Origin: Gemmatimonadaceae bacterium | Lineage (GTDB): Bacteria > Gemmatimonadota > Gemmatimonadetes > Gemmatimonadales > Gemmatimonadaceae | Assembly (NCBI GenBank): GCA_045803545.1 | Contig: JBJMOW010000004.1 | Coordinates: 768,001-832,000, forward strand | DNA: 64,000 nt | Reading direction: 5' to 3' | Shown here: in pieces, positions 1-8,246 of the stretch | Layout: every line of letters starts with the position of its first letter | How positions within the stretch are numbered: the first letter of the stretch is position 1 | Program-made: the position numbers and the translations under genes | Notes under the pieces: generated by a model | Seen by the model: only the letters and a program-made list of their open reading frames with translations | What the model was told of the DNA's origin: nothing | Database searches by the model: none

Positions 1-939
1 GACTGGGAAGGGTGGCACAACTTCCTTTACGCACACGAGTTGTTCCACCTCTGGAATGTGAAGCGCCTTCGGCCCGCCGACATGAGTCCTTACCTCTACG
101 ATTACATCCAGCCGTCAATGTGGCTCTGGGTAGCCGAAGGCATCACCAGCTACTATGCGAACGTCAGTCTCGTTCGCGCGCGCGTCAACGAGCCTGCTGC
201 CTTCTACGGCGTCATCGCGTCGGATATTCAGCAGCTTCGCCACGCACCTCCGTTCGCCGTCACCGACGCTTCGTTGTCGGAGTGGATTCAGCCGACGCGT
301 GGAGCTTCCGGTGACTACTACGCGAAAGGCGAGCTCCTCGGATTACTTCTCGATATCCTGATCCGCGATGGATCGAACAACCGGCACTCGCTGGACGATG
401 TGATGCGCCAGCTTTACACGTCGACGTACAAGAACTCTTCGCGCGGGTTTACCGGCACTGACTGGTGGCAAACGGTGAGTCGTTACGCAGGCAGCAAATC
501 ATTCAATGATTTCAATCGTCGCTACGTCAGCGGCCGAGACGACCTGCCGGTTGATTCCGTTCTGTCCTTGGCTGGACTCGCGCTGACGACGCCTAAGCAG
601 CCCGCGATCGAGATGAGCGGCGAGCGGAACGGCGACTGTTTAAAGGTGACCAGCGTTCCAGCTGGAAGCGCGGTCGAGGCAGCCGGAATTCGCGCGGGCG
701 ACTGCGTAGTGCAGGCGGCGGGAATCCCAGTCGTATCGGAATATTCGTTGCGCGAGGTGAGGGCGCGAAACGCGGACACTCGTCTCGCTTCTCTCCCGTT
801 CACGATTCGCCGAGGTACGGATGTGATGACTGTGGCGGTGCCGGTAAGGCTCGTCGAGAGCGACGAGCTGGCGATCAGGGTCGTCGAGAGTGCGTCCCCG
901 AAAGCAAAGAGTATTCGGGACGGGATTCTCGCGCGCTAG
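1..939 (+). CDS. M61 family metallopeptidase with C-terminal PDZ domain (5'-partial)
   Basis: Frame 1 reads AHELFHLWNVKRLRP (HExxH), LWVAEGITSYY and YYAKG; PDZ-like 'VPAGSAVEAAGIRAGD'. Frame is open from base 1. Confidence 0.9.
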   Translation, partial: DWEGWHNFLYAHELFHLWNVKRLRPADMSPYLYDYIQPSMWLWVAEGITSYYANVSLVRARVNEPAAFYGVIASDIQQLRHAPPFAVTDASLSEWIQPTRGASGDYYAKGELLGLLLDILIRDGSNNRHSLDDVMRQLYTSTYKNSSRGFTGTDWWQTVSRYAGSKSFNDFNRRYVSGRDDLPVDSVLSLAGLALTTPKQPAIEMSGERNGDCLKVTSVPAGSAVEAAGIRAGDCVVQAAGIPVVSEYSLREVRARNADTRLASLPFTIRRGTDVMTVAVPVRLVESDELAIRVVESASPKAKSIRDGILAR

Positions 940-955
940 CGTGGTCAGAACTTCG

Positions 956-980
956 GTCGGCCCGCCGGGCCGACTGCTTT
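956..980 (+). terminator. Putative intrinsic terminator
   Basis: GTCGGCCC-gcc-GGGCCGAC stem followed by TGCTTT, just after the M61 stop. Confidence 0.5.
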
Positions 981-1017
981 GGGCAGCCGTAGCGCGTTCA
1001 GGATGTTATTCTTTGGC

Positions 1018-1458
1018 ATGGTCCCGGGTGCCTTCGTCCGTTCAGTCGCCGCGGTAATCGCGATTTGCTTTGCATCCGCGAATGTGCTCCCGGCGTTCGG
1101 GGCGCCATGCGCGGTTCACGATCCGGCGTTCGCGAAACTCGCGGCGCACGGACATCACGCGCATGAGAGTTCAGCCGCCACGCCGAGCGCTGGGCACAAC
1201 ACTGCCGGCCATCACGAAGAGCTGAACGCGCCGACCAATCACTCTCAGCAGCGGCACCACTGCACCTGTGTCGGGTGTGGCGATTGTCCATCGCCAGGTG
1301 CTCTGGCCGCAAAGCCTGTCACCTTTGCGCCAGCCCTGGTCTCCGCTGGAACGGAACAGCCGCTACCAACTGCGACAACGCTGGGTCCACGACGCGCCGA
1401 ACATTCCCTACCGTACCCCACACCTCCTCCAGCTCCCTCCCCAAGCCTGAACGGCTGA
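1018..1458 (+). CDS. His/Cys-rich exported leader protein, DUF2946/CruR-like
   Basis: N-terminal hydrophobic signal, PCAVHD, His-rich middle, HHCTCVGCGDC, C-terminal HSLPYPTPPP; directly upstream of a TonB-dependent receptor. TGnTATTCT lies 5 nt before the ATG. Confidence 0.65.
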   Translation: MVPGAFVRSVAAVIAICFASANVLPAFGAPCAVHDPAFAKLAAHGHHAHESSAATPSAGHNTAGHHEELNAPTNHSQQRHHCTCVGCGDCPSPGALAAKPVTFAPALVSAGTEQPLPTATTLGPRRAEHSLPYPTPPPAPSPSLNG

Positions 1459-1560
1459 ATCCCGCCGGCGCGGACATCCGCCTGGCGACACGCTCGCCAC
1501 TGCGAGCGCAAATCAATCATCCGATCACTCGCTCAACGTCTCCTGGAGGGGCGTCGCTCA

Positions 1561-3624
1561 ATGTCAATTCACAGCATCAGTTTCGTCTCGGCCGCCGTAC
1601 TGGTCGCGACTTCGCTCACCGCGGATCCGCTCGCCGCGCAACAGCCAGTCCCAGATTCAGTGCGCGCCGATACTGCGCGCGCCGATACTGCGCGCCGATC
1701 AGTGCAGCTGCGCGCTGTAACCATCACCGCTGCTCCGGCCGACAGGGCCGAGGCATCGAACGCGACCCACGTATCGCAGGCACAGATTCAGTCGACACCG
1801 GCAACCAACCCCTGGGATCTGTTGCGTCAGACAGCCGGAGTCGAAGTACATCTCCAGGGTCAGGGTCCAGGCTTCGCCAGCGACGCGTCGGTGCGCGGGT
1901 TCAGCAGCGACCACTCGACCGATCTCGCGCTGTGGATCGATGGCGTGCCGATCAATGAGCCCGTCAATGGCCACGCCGAGGGCTACAACGACTGGAGCCT
2001 GATTTTTCCGGCGACGGTGCAGGACGTCGACGTGATCAAGGGGCCGACCAGTGCGCTGTTCGGAAATTTTGCGCTGTCGGGAGTCGTCAACGTCAGAACT
2101 CTGGAGCGGACAACCGGCACCCAGATCGATGTCAGCGGCGGCAACTTCGCGCGCGGAGAAGGATCGCTCATTACCGGCTTCGACCACGGCGACGGCGGCG
2201 GCGGAGTGTTCGGATTTCGCGGGCGCCACGACGGCGGCTTCAGGCCGCACGCGAAGAATGACGTCGCCCAGATTCACGGACGGCTTGTACGCAACATCGC
2301 GCGCGACGCGGTGGTCGATGGCGGCGTCGAGCTGTATGGCGGCCGCTGGGATTCGCCCGGATATCTGAGCGAGCAGGAGTTCGCGGATAAACAGTACGAC
2401 ATCATCTCGAATCCCAGTGACGGCGGATTCAAGCGCCGCGCACAGGAGCGTCTGAGTCTGCGCGTAACGCGCGGCGAGAACATGCTGTGGCGGACAACGG
2501 GGTACGCAACCCAGGGTCGGTGGCAGCTCTTTCTCACGATCCCGCCCGCCGGCGGACAGTTCGAGGGCACCGGCAGCCAGACCGAAGAAGAAGACACGCG
2601 CTATGGTTACGGCCTCACCAGCGCCCTCACCTGGAATACATCCAACATCGATGTCACAGTCGGTGGTGAAGGCCGGTTTGATCACGCCAGCTATGAGAAC
2701 TGGTTCACCACCGATCGGCAGCGAGATTCAGTCGCGGCAATCGTTGGCGGACGCCAGCTCTCCGGCGGAATCTTCGCGCAATCGGCGATCGATGTTGGCC
2801 GGTATCTCCGCATCGACCTCGGCGGACGCTACGACGCAGTTCGATCGACTTCGATTCCCGCCGGCGACGCGGAGATCACAATGAGTCACGGAGTGTTCTC
2901 ACCCAAGGTGGGCGCGCTGGTGCGGGTGCTGCCCGGGCTCGGCGTCTACGCCAACGCATCGAAGGGATTCCGATCGACCGATGGAATTCTCGAGGATCCG
3001 TCGCTCGAGCCGGTCACCGTCTGGGCGTACGAGACGGGAATCAAGCTCGATACGATTGGAGTGCAGGCCTCGCTCGATGTCTTCCGCATGAACGTGAGTA
3101 ACGAGCAGACCTTCAATCCGTTGACGTCGGGCTCCAACAACGGCGGGCGCAGCCGGCGGCAGGGCATTGAGCTCGGCGTCCGCGCGCCGCTGACGCGGCT
3201 TGCTTCGCTCTCAACGGAGTGGACGCTGAACGACGCGAGGTACGTGAACTTCATCGCCGAGCCTGAAGATCCGACCGCATCGCCCGAAGATGTGAGCGGG
3301 CTCCGCGTCTACAACACTGCGCGGTACATCGGAAGCTCCGCGCTCGATCTCCGCACCGACGACGGCGTCACTCCCGGAAAATGGAATCTGCACCTCGGTG
3401 GCAACTGGGTCGGTCCGTATTCGCCGTTCGACGAGCCGGGTGTCATCCTCGGCGGCTACGGTCTGTTCCATCTGGGCGGTCGCGTGCGTGCATCCCGCGC
3501 GGTGGTGATCGATCTCGGTGTGCGCAACGTGTTGGACCGCAGTTATCCCGAGCTGGTCGCTGGTCACCTCGTCGCGCCGGGTGAGCCGAGGTCTGGCTAC
3601 CTCAGTGTTCGATATCGGATGTAA
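1561..3624 (+). CDS. TonB-dependent receptor
   Basis: Signal peptide, TonB-box-like AVTITA, plug motifs (SVRGF, LWIDGVPIN, VDVIKGPTSALFG, GVVNV), beta-barrel ending in NVLDRSY...PGEPRSGYLSVRYRM; SD GGAGG. Confidence 0.95.
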   Translation: MSIHSISFVSAAVLVATSLTADPLAAQQPVPDSVRADTARADTARRSVQLRAVTITAAPADRAEASNATHVSQAQIQSTPATNPWDLLRQTAGVEVHLQGQGPGFASDASVRGFSSDHSTDLALWIDGVPINEPVNGHAEGYNDWSLIFPATVQDVDVIKGPTSALFGNFALSGVVNVRTLERTTGTQIDVSGGNFARGEGSLITGFDHGDGGGGVFGFRGRHDGGFRPHAKNDVAQIHGRLVRNIARDAVVDGGVELYGGRWDSPGYLSEQEFADKQYDIISNPSDGGFKRRAQERLSLRVTRGENMLWRTTGYATQGRWQLFLTIPPAGGQFEGTGSQTEEEDTRYGYGLTSALTWNTSNIDVTVGGEGRFDHASYENWFTTDRQRDSVAAIVGGRQLSGGIFAQSAIDVGRYLRIDLGGRYDAVRSTSIPAGDAEITMSHGVFSPKVGALVRVLPGLGVYANASKGFRSTDGILEDPSLEPVTVWAYETGIKLDTIGVQASLDVFRMNVSNEQTFNPLTSGSNNGGRSRRQGIELGVRAPLTRLASLSTEWTLNDARYVNFIAEPEDPTASPEDVSGLRVYNTARYIGSSALDLRTDDGVTPGKWNLHLGGNWVGPYSPFDEPGVILGGYGLFHLGGRVRASRAVVIDLGVRNVLDRSYPELVAGHLVAPGEPRSGYLSVRYRM

Positions 3625-3626
3625 AA
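3575..3626 (+). repeat. Direct repeat copy 1: TonB receptor 3' end (52 bp)
   Basis: Matches 4519-4570 with 2 mismatches, both synonymous (CCG/CCC, TAT/TAC). Confidence 0.95.
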
Positions 3627-3701
3627 CCCGATGTTCATTGATTTAGGGTCGTTCATTTTGTTGGAACTGCGCGGGCTCTCGCGGCCCGTACGAGCCAGTG
3701 C

Positions 3702-4256
3702 CTACTGGCACGGGTGGGTCGTGCAGGCGTCGAAGGAGCCATTCGCGCTGACGGAATTCGTGCCGTCTGTTCCCAGGAAGGTGAACGTACCGCGCATTTC
3801 TGACGGTGAGGAACTGGTGATCGCAAGGCGCCCGGACGTGGAATTGAACGATTGAAATTCTGTGCCGGACGTGTAGAGGGTAAGGAGCGCTGTGGGGTTG
3901 GTTGTGCTCTCTGACTGCGGCACGAGATCGTAGGTGCCCGCCCCAAGTTGCGACGAATTATTCTTGACAATCTGCAGTTCCCAGTCCAGGGAGAACTGAG
4001 TGAAGTGGGAAATCGTTATCCCAAACGTGGGCTCTCGGCCCACCAGGATTTGTTGAAAATCTGCGGGCCCGCTTCCCGAGAGGTTTACTGCGCCGGTCGT
4101 CGTGAGACTTCCTGTGCCCTCAGCCGGCGCCACTGGACCGTCGCTACCACACGCGCCGACAGTAAGAGAAACTATGGCCGCTGCTGAAAATATCTTCGCC
4201 CGGTGCCAACCGCCCCGAAGTGGAGAATCATGGAACAGCGCGAGCTCATTTCTCAC
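3702..4256 (-). CDS. Hypothetical lipoprotein
   Basis: Lipobox SLTVGAC-GSD followed by a Ser/Thr/Gly-rich beta domain; start uncertain (GTG 4256). Confidence 0.65.
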   Translation of the reverse strand: MRNELALFHDSPLRGGWHRAKIFSAAAIVSLTVGACGSDGPVAPAEGTGSLTTTGAVNLSGSGPADFQQILVGREPTFGITISHFTQFSLDWELQIVKNNSSQLGAGTYDLVPQSESTTNPTALLTLYTSGTEFQSFNSTSGRLAITSSSPSEMRGTFTFLGTDGTNSVSANGSFDACTTHPCQ

Positions 4257-4336
4257 CGTCGTCCCATGCAGGCGTAAAGGAATTCGACGAAAAGCGTCAC
4301 GGCGAATATAGAGCGAGCTACTGAAACGGGCGAGCA

Positions 4337-4520
4337 GTAATCGCTGGTCGCCCACTGCGTCTCGAGATCCTATTCGCCGGCGTGACTGACCAGCGCGCGG
4401 TAGCGAGTCGTCGTCACCGCCAGCCGGTTCGTTAAATGTCCACCGTATGACGCGCCGCCCGCGACCTGCTTCGACGCGTCGATGAACGGATACTGTTTGA
4501 TCGCAGCGTCGGCTGCTTCG
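4337..4520 (-). pseudogene. 184-bp diverged fragment of the S9 peptidase gene (copy of 15366-15549)
   Basis: About 12 mismatches, mostly synonymous, plus TGG>TAG and TGG>CGG; spans the GASYGG motif. Confidence 0.92.
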
Positions 4521-4570
4521 CCCGGTGAGCCGAGGTCTGGCTACCTCAGTGTTCGATACCGGATGTAAAA
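4519..4570 (+). repeat. Direct repeat copy 2: TonB receptor 3' end (52 bp)
   Basis: Encodes PGEPRSGYLSVRYRM* as at 3577-3624. Confidence 0.95.
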
Positions 4571-4602
4571 ACGGTTAGTCCTAGCCGCAGTCCTCGGGGT
4601 GC

Positions 4603-4836
4603 TTAATCTGTCTGATCGGTCTTGTCAGGAAGTTGTTTTGACCGTTCACGATTATCGAGGCGAATCGCCACCGCGCCGCCACCCATCAAACCACCCGCGG
4701 CGATCAGCGATAGCTTGGCCAGTGCGACGTTGATCAGCCACGAATTTCCCGGCCCGAGGTGCGCGACCATCGCCAGCGCGACGAGTACGCCGAGCGTCGC
4801 GCCGAGAATCATTAGTACTTCACCTAGTCTGCGCAT
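4603..4836 (-). CDS. Small two-TM membrane protein
   Basis: Two hydrophobic segments; TATAAT 8 nt upstream of the ATG. Confidence 0.7.
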   Translation of the reverse strand: MRRLGEVLMILGATLGVLVALAMVAHLGPGNSWLINVALAKLSLIAAGGLMGGGAVAIRLDNRERSKQLPDKTDQTD

Positions 4837-4875
4837 ACGACCGAATTATAGCGACGGAATGCAGGCGTCAGCCAT

Positions 4876-5316
4876 TCATCGAATATCTGCGCCGATCGGG
4901 TGAGAGACAGCCAGGCCTTCGCTCGCGCGAGCAGCGAGCACCCACAACGGGCTAACCAGCAGGAACTGGACGATGGTGAATCCGGTCTCGATCGCCATGA
5001 AATCCGGAATCGACGTCATGGGTTGTTTCGCAGCAACGGCCAGGGTGGTGAAGGACCAAGACAGGACCGCGGCCACCGCGGCGAACTTCATTCCATCCGT
5101 AAACGACTCGGGACGGGCGACGACTCGCGGATAAATCCACGCAAAGAGCGCAGCCTGGATCAGCATCGATCCGAAGCCGAACGGAATGATCGGGTTCTCG
5201 CGATAAATTCCGAGCGCCTTGTAGTAAGAGTCGAACACCACCAGATGCCAAACGAATCCAAGAAGAAAGGTCGGAACGACGTAGGCGAAAACGAGGAGCG
5301 GATATCGTTTTGTCAT
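4876..5316 (-). CDS. Four-TM membrane protein (DUF1761-like)
   Basis: Four hydrophobic helices with LGFVWH motif; divergent from an HxlR regulator. Confidence 0.75.
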   Translation of the reverse strand: MTKRYPLLVFAYVVPTFLLGFVWHLVVFDSYYKALGIYRENPIIPFGFGSMLIQAALFAWIYPRVVARPESFTDGMKFAAVAAVLSWSFTTLAVAAKQPMTSIPDFMAIETGFTIVQFLLVSPLWVLAARASEGLAVSHPIGADIR

Positions 5317-5355
5317 GTGGCCGATCGAGTTTGGGATAAATAGATATTGTGATGG

Positions 5356-5376
5356 TTACTTGCTTTTCGCAAGTAA
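5356..5376. promoter_or_regulatory. Palindromic operator, probably HxlR
   Basis: TTACTTGC-ttttc-GCAAGTAA between divergent genes; TATATT -10 at 5381-5386. Confidence 0.7.
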
Positions 5377-5391
5377 TAGTTATATTGGCTA

Positions 5392-5820
5392 ATGGCCAGT
5401 CGGATCAGCAGACCTCGTCGTTCGAGCTGCCCAGTTGCAACGTCGCTCGACATTTTCGGCGACAGGTGGTCGCTGCTCATCATCCGCGACCTGCTGTTCA
5501 CGGACAATCGCCGCTTCGGCGACTTTGCCAGGGCCGGGGAGGATATTGCCACGAATGTCCTCACCGACCGCCTCGAGCTCCTCGAGTGCGAAGGTTTGAT
5601 CCTCCGCCGACGGGATCCCGCTGACGGTCGCAAGTTCGTCTACGACCTGACGCCCAAAGGTTTTGACCTCGCCCCCATAATCGTCCAGATGGTCATTTGG
5701 GCTGCCCGCCATGAGCGGACCGCCGCCCCGCCGGATCTGGTTCGCGAGATGGAGCGCGATCCGAAGAAATTCGTCCAGGGGCTTCGCGCGCGGTGGGAGC
5801 GATCGCCGGCCGGGGCTTGA
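5392..5820 (+). CDS. HxlR-family winged-helix regulator
   Basis: CPVATSLDIFGDRWSLLIIRDL...RRFGDF...YDLTPKG. Confidence 0.92.
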   Translation: MASRISRPRRSSCPVATSLDIFGDRWSLLIIRDLLFTDNRRFGDFARAGEDIATNVLTDRLELLECEGLILRRRDPADGRKFVYDLTPKGFDLAPIIVQMVIWAARHERTAAPPDLVREMERDPKKFVQGLRARWERSPAGA

Positions 5821-5860
5821 CACTCCGGTCATTCCCATTAGCGTAAGTCATGGCTTACGC
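5817..5860 (+). promoter_or_regulatory. Sigma70-like promoter and ArsR operator
   Basis: TTGACA (5817-5822), 16 nt, TAGCGT (5839-5844); palindrome GCGTAAG-tcatgg-CTTACGC (5841-5860) overlaps the start codon. Confidence 0.65.
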
Positions 5861-6161
5861 AGATGTCCTGACGGCTTTAGCCGACCCGACCCGGCGCAGA
5901 CTCTTCGAGGCGCTGCACAAACGGCCGCGAACCGTGACCGAACTCGCGAAGGGTCGGTCGGTGAGTCGGCCGGCGGTCTCGCAGCATCTGAGAGTGCTCG
6001 AGGCTGCGAGACTCGTGAACGTCGAGGCGCGAGGCAATCATCGGCTTTACCGGGTGCGGCGCGATGGCCTCGACGAGCTGCGTCGCTACCTGCAGGGATT
6101 CTGGTCAGATGCGCTGGCCGCGTACAGCGCCGAAATCGCCCGCCAGATAAAAGACGGTTAA
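5850..6161 (+). CDS. ArsR/SmtB-family regulator
   Basis: ALADPTRRRLFEAL...VSRPAVSQHLRVL. Confidence 0.92.
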   Translation: MAYADVLTALADPTRRRLFEALHKRPRTVTELAKGRSVSRPAVSQHLRVLEAARLVNVEARGNHRLYRVRRDGLDELRRYLQGFWSDALAAYSAEIARQIKDG

Positions 6162-6179
6162 CCGCAACGGAGACGAAAG

Positions 6180-6635
6180 ATGCTCGAACCATTCGTGACA
6201 GCGATCGAGGTGCCGTGTGGCCAGGAACAGGCATTCAAGGTGTTCGTCCACGACATGGGCACCTGGTGGCCGCTGCACAAGCGCTCCATGTCCATGCACA
6301 AGGGCCAGCCGGCCAAGTCACTGAGCATTGAGCCGAGAGTGGGAGGCAAAATCGTGGAGCACGGCCACGACGACACGTTATACCACTGGGGAACGATCGA
6401 GTCCTACGATCCTTATAACTCAGTCGGGATGTCGTTTCACATGGGGCTGCCTCCGTCGAAGGCCAGCCGCGTCGATGTGCGCTTCACTCCGCTGCAAAAG
6501 AACCGAACGCGCGTCGAGCTGACTCAGAGCAACTGGGAAGGCTTTGGCGACATGGCCGAGATGATGCGCGGAAGCTATCCCGCCGGGTGGGTCATCATTT
6601 TTGAGCAGGCATATGGTGCGGCGTGTAGCGCGTAA
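6180..6635 (+). CDS. SRPBCC/AHSA1-like domain protein
   Basis: AFKVF...WWP, EPRVGG, TRVELTQSNWE, GW; standard partner of ArsR. Confidence 0.88.
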   Translation: MLEPFVTAIEVPCGQEQAFKVFVHDMGTWWPLHKRSMSMHKGQPAKSLSIEPRVGGKIVEHGHDDTLYHWGTIESYDPYNSVGMSFHMGLPPSKASRVDVRFTPLQKNRTRVELTQSNWEGFGDMAEMMRGSYPAGWVIIFEQAYGAACSA

Positions 6636-6670
6636 GGCCTCACCGTTCTCGAGCATCCAAAACTCTGCCC

Positions 6671-6700
6671 TTGACAATTAGTCCTCGCGAGGACTAATTA
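6671..6700 (+). promoter_or_regulatory. Promoter with perfect 24-bp palindromic MarR operator
   Basis: TTGACA at 6671; AATTAGTCCTCG|CGAGGACTAATT at 6676-6699. Confidence 0.8.
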
Positions 6701-6706
6701 TATGGC

Positions 6707-7198
6707 ATGTCAGTTCCGACTCCCGCCGCCGCAATGGCGATCCACGATTCGCTGGAAGAGGAGGTGCTCATCGCCCTCGTCCGCGCCGCGTGGCTGGCCG
6801 CGGAACGCTCCACTGCGATCACCACCGCGGCGGGCCTCTCGCCCTCGCAATACAACGTTCTCCGTATTCTCCGCGCGGCGGGACGAAGCGGACTCTCCTG
6901 CAACGAGATCGGCGAGCGCATGGTCACCCGTGATTCGGATCTCACTCGCCTGATCTCGGGTCTCGAGCGCGAGCGACTCGTCGTGCGAGAAACCGACGCC
7001 AAGGATCGGCGTCGAAGCATCAACCGGATTACTCCGGCTGGCAGGGCAACACTGGGTCGGCTCGATCACGATGTCGCCGATGCCGCGAAGCAGACCCTGG
7101 GTCACCTCGGTCGTAATCGACTCAAAGCTCTCCTCAAACTGCTGGTCGCCTTTGCACCGCCACCTTCCTCCACCACTACACTTTCGGAGATCCAATGA
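6707..7198 (+). CDS. MarR-family regulator
   Basis: GLSPSQYNVLRIL, DLTRLISGLE, DRRRSINRITPAG. Confidence 0.92.
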   Translation: MSVPTPAAAMAIHDSLEEEVLIALVRAAWLAAERSTAITTAAGLSPSQYNVLRILRAAGRSGLSCNEIGERMVTRDSDLTRLISGLERERLVVRETDAKDRRRSINRITPAGRATLGRLDHDVADAAKQTLGHLGRNRLKALLKLLVAFAPPPSSTTTLSEIQ

Positions 7199-7659
7199 CA
7201 CCCCGCTCTCGCTTTTCCTCGCTGCTGTCGGCGTTCGCGTTTGTTGCCGCCGTCCCATCCGCTTTTGCCGGAGCGCAGAACACCGCCGAGAAACAGCTTC
7301 ACACGTTGTTGGCCAATTATGAAACGTCCCTGAACGCCGGGGACGCGGGTCGGATCGAACAGCTCTATACAGCGGACGGCGTCTTCATGCCGGCTGGATT
7401 CCCGTCGGCCGCCGGTCGGCCGGCGGTGAGAGGCGCCTACGACGCGGTCTTCAAGAACATTCGGATCGCCATCCACTTCACCGTCGACGAGCTGAAGGTG
7501 AAGGGCGATTTCGCGTATGCGCGCACACACTCGGCCGGCACGTCGACAGTGGTGGCCACCGGCGCAAGCGGGCCCGAAGAGAACCGCGAGCTTTTTGTTT
7601 TCGCGCGGACGGCGGACGGCTGGAAGATCGCCCGGTATCTGTTCAACAAACCGTCCTGA
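7195..7659 (+). CDS. Exported SnoaL/NTF2-like (DUF4440, SgcJ/EcaC) protein
   Basis: Signal peptide; LNAGDAGRIEQLYTADG, GDFAY, DGWKI; ATGA overlap with MarR. Confidence 0.85.
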   Translation: MTPRSRFSSLLSAFAFVAAVPSAFAGAQNTAEKQLHTLLANYETSLNAGDAGRIEQLYTADGVFMPAGFPSAAGRPAVRGAYDAVFKNIRIAIHFTVDELKVKGDFAYARTHSAGTSTVVATGASGPEENRELFVFARTADGWKIARYLFNKPS

Positions 7660-7717
7660 CCCAAAAACCTGGTGATGGCGTCGCCGCGTGCGGACGCCAT
7701 CCCATTTGGGCAGGTGC

Positions 7718-7746
7718 CTTGACATCAAGTATCTTGACGTTAAGAT
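7718..7746 (+). promoter_or_regulatory. Promoter with tandem MarR operators
   Basis: Near-palindromes CTTGACATCAAG (7718-7729) and CTTGACGTTAAG (7733-7744) overlapping TTGACA and TAAGAT. Confidence 0.7.
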
Positions 7747-7752
7747 ATATGT

Positions 7753-8241
7753 ATGAAGAATGTCGCCACACGAAAGTCAGCGGATGTTTCGGGCACACAC
7801 CTTTGGCTGGTGCTGATGAAAGCGCATCGCACCCTCCAGCGGCTGGCGACGCGCAGCATCGAGGCGTCCGACATCTGCCTCTCCGACTTCGCGGTGATGG
7901 AGATGCTGCTCCACAAAGGGCCACAGCCCGTCAACGAGATTGGCCGGCGCATCGAGCTCACCAGCGGAGCGATAACCACCGCGGTGGATCGGCTGGAGTC
8001 GCGCGGCCTTGTGACGCGCGAAGCGCACGAAAGCGATCGCAGGGCTCGGATCGTCGGACTTACGCCGAGAGGGAAAGAGCAGGCGGCGAAAGTGTTCGCC
8101 AGTCACAAAACGGCGATGGATTTGGCGGCGACCGGGCTCTCCAAAAAAGAGCGCGCAACGCTGATCGAGCTGCTCAGGAAACTCGGCACGTCTGCCGAGC
8201 TGCAGCAGCCTCGGAACAATCATAGGAAGAAAGGAGCATAG
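7753..8241 (+). CDS. MarR-family regulator
   Basis: LTSGAITTAVDRLESRGLV, DRRARIVGLTPRG. Confidence 0.92.
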   Translation: MKNVATRKSADVSGTHLWLVLMKAHRTLQRLATRSIEASDICLSDFAVMEMLLHKGPQPVNEIGRRIELTSGAITTAVDRLESRGLVTREAHESDRRARIVGLTPRGKEQAAKVFASHKTAMDLAATGLSKKERATLIELLRKLGTSAELQQPRNNHRKKGA

Positions 8242-8246
8242 AGGAC

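Noticed and set aside
1662..1697. Short tandem repeat encoding RADTARADTARR
   Set aside because: In-frame low-complexity linker after the receptor signal peptide; not CRISPR or a phase-variable tract.
1699..2685. Long antisense ORFs (also 8220-9176, 21486-22649, 56827-58086 and others)
   Set aside because: Shadow frames of well-supported genes in GC-rich DNA, with no motifs.
3575..4570. 52-bp repeats read as attL/attR of a prophage or integrative element
   Set aside because: No integrase in the window, under 1 kb enclosed, and the adjacent S9 fragment fits an allele-fusion scar better.
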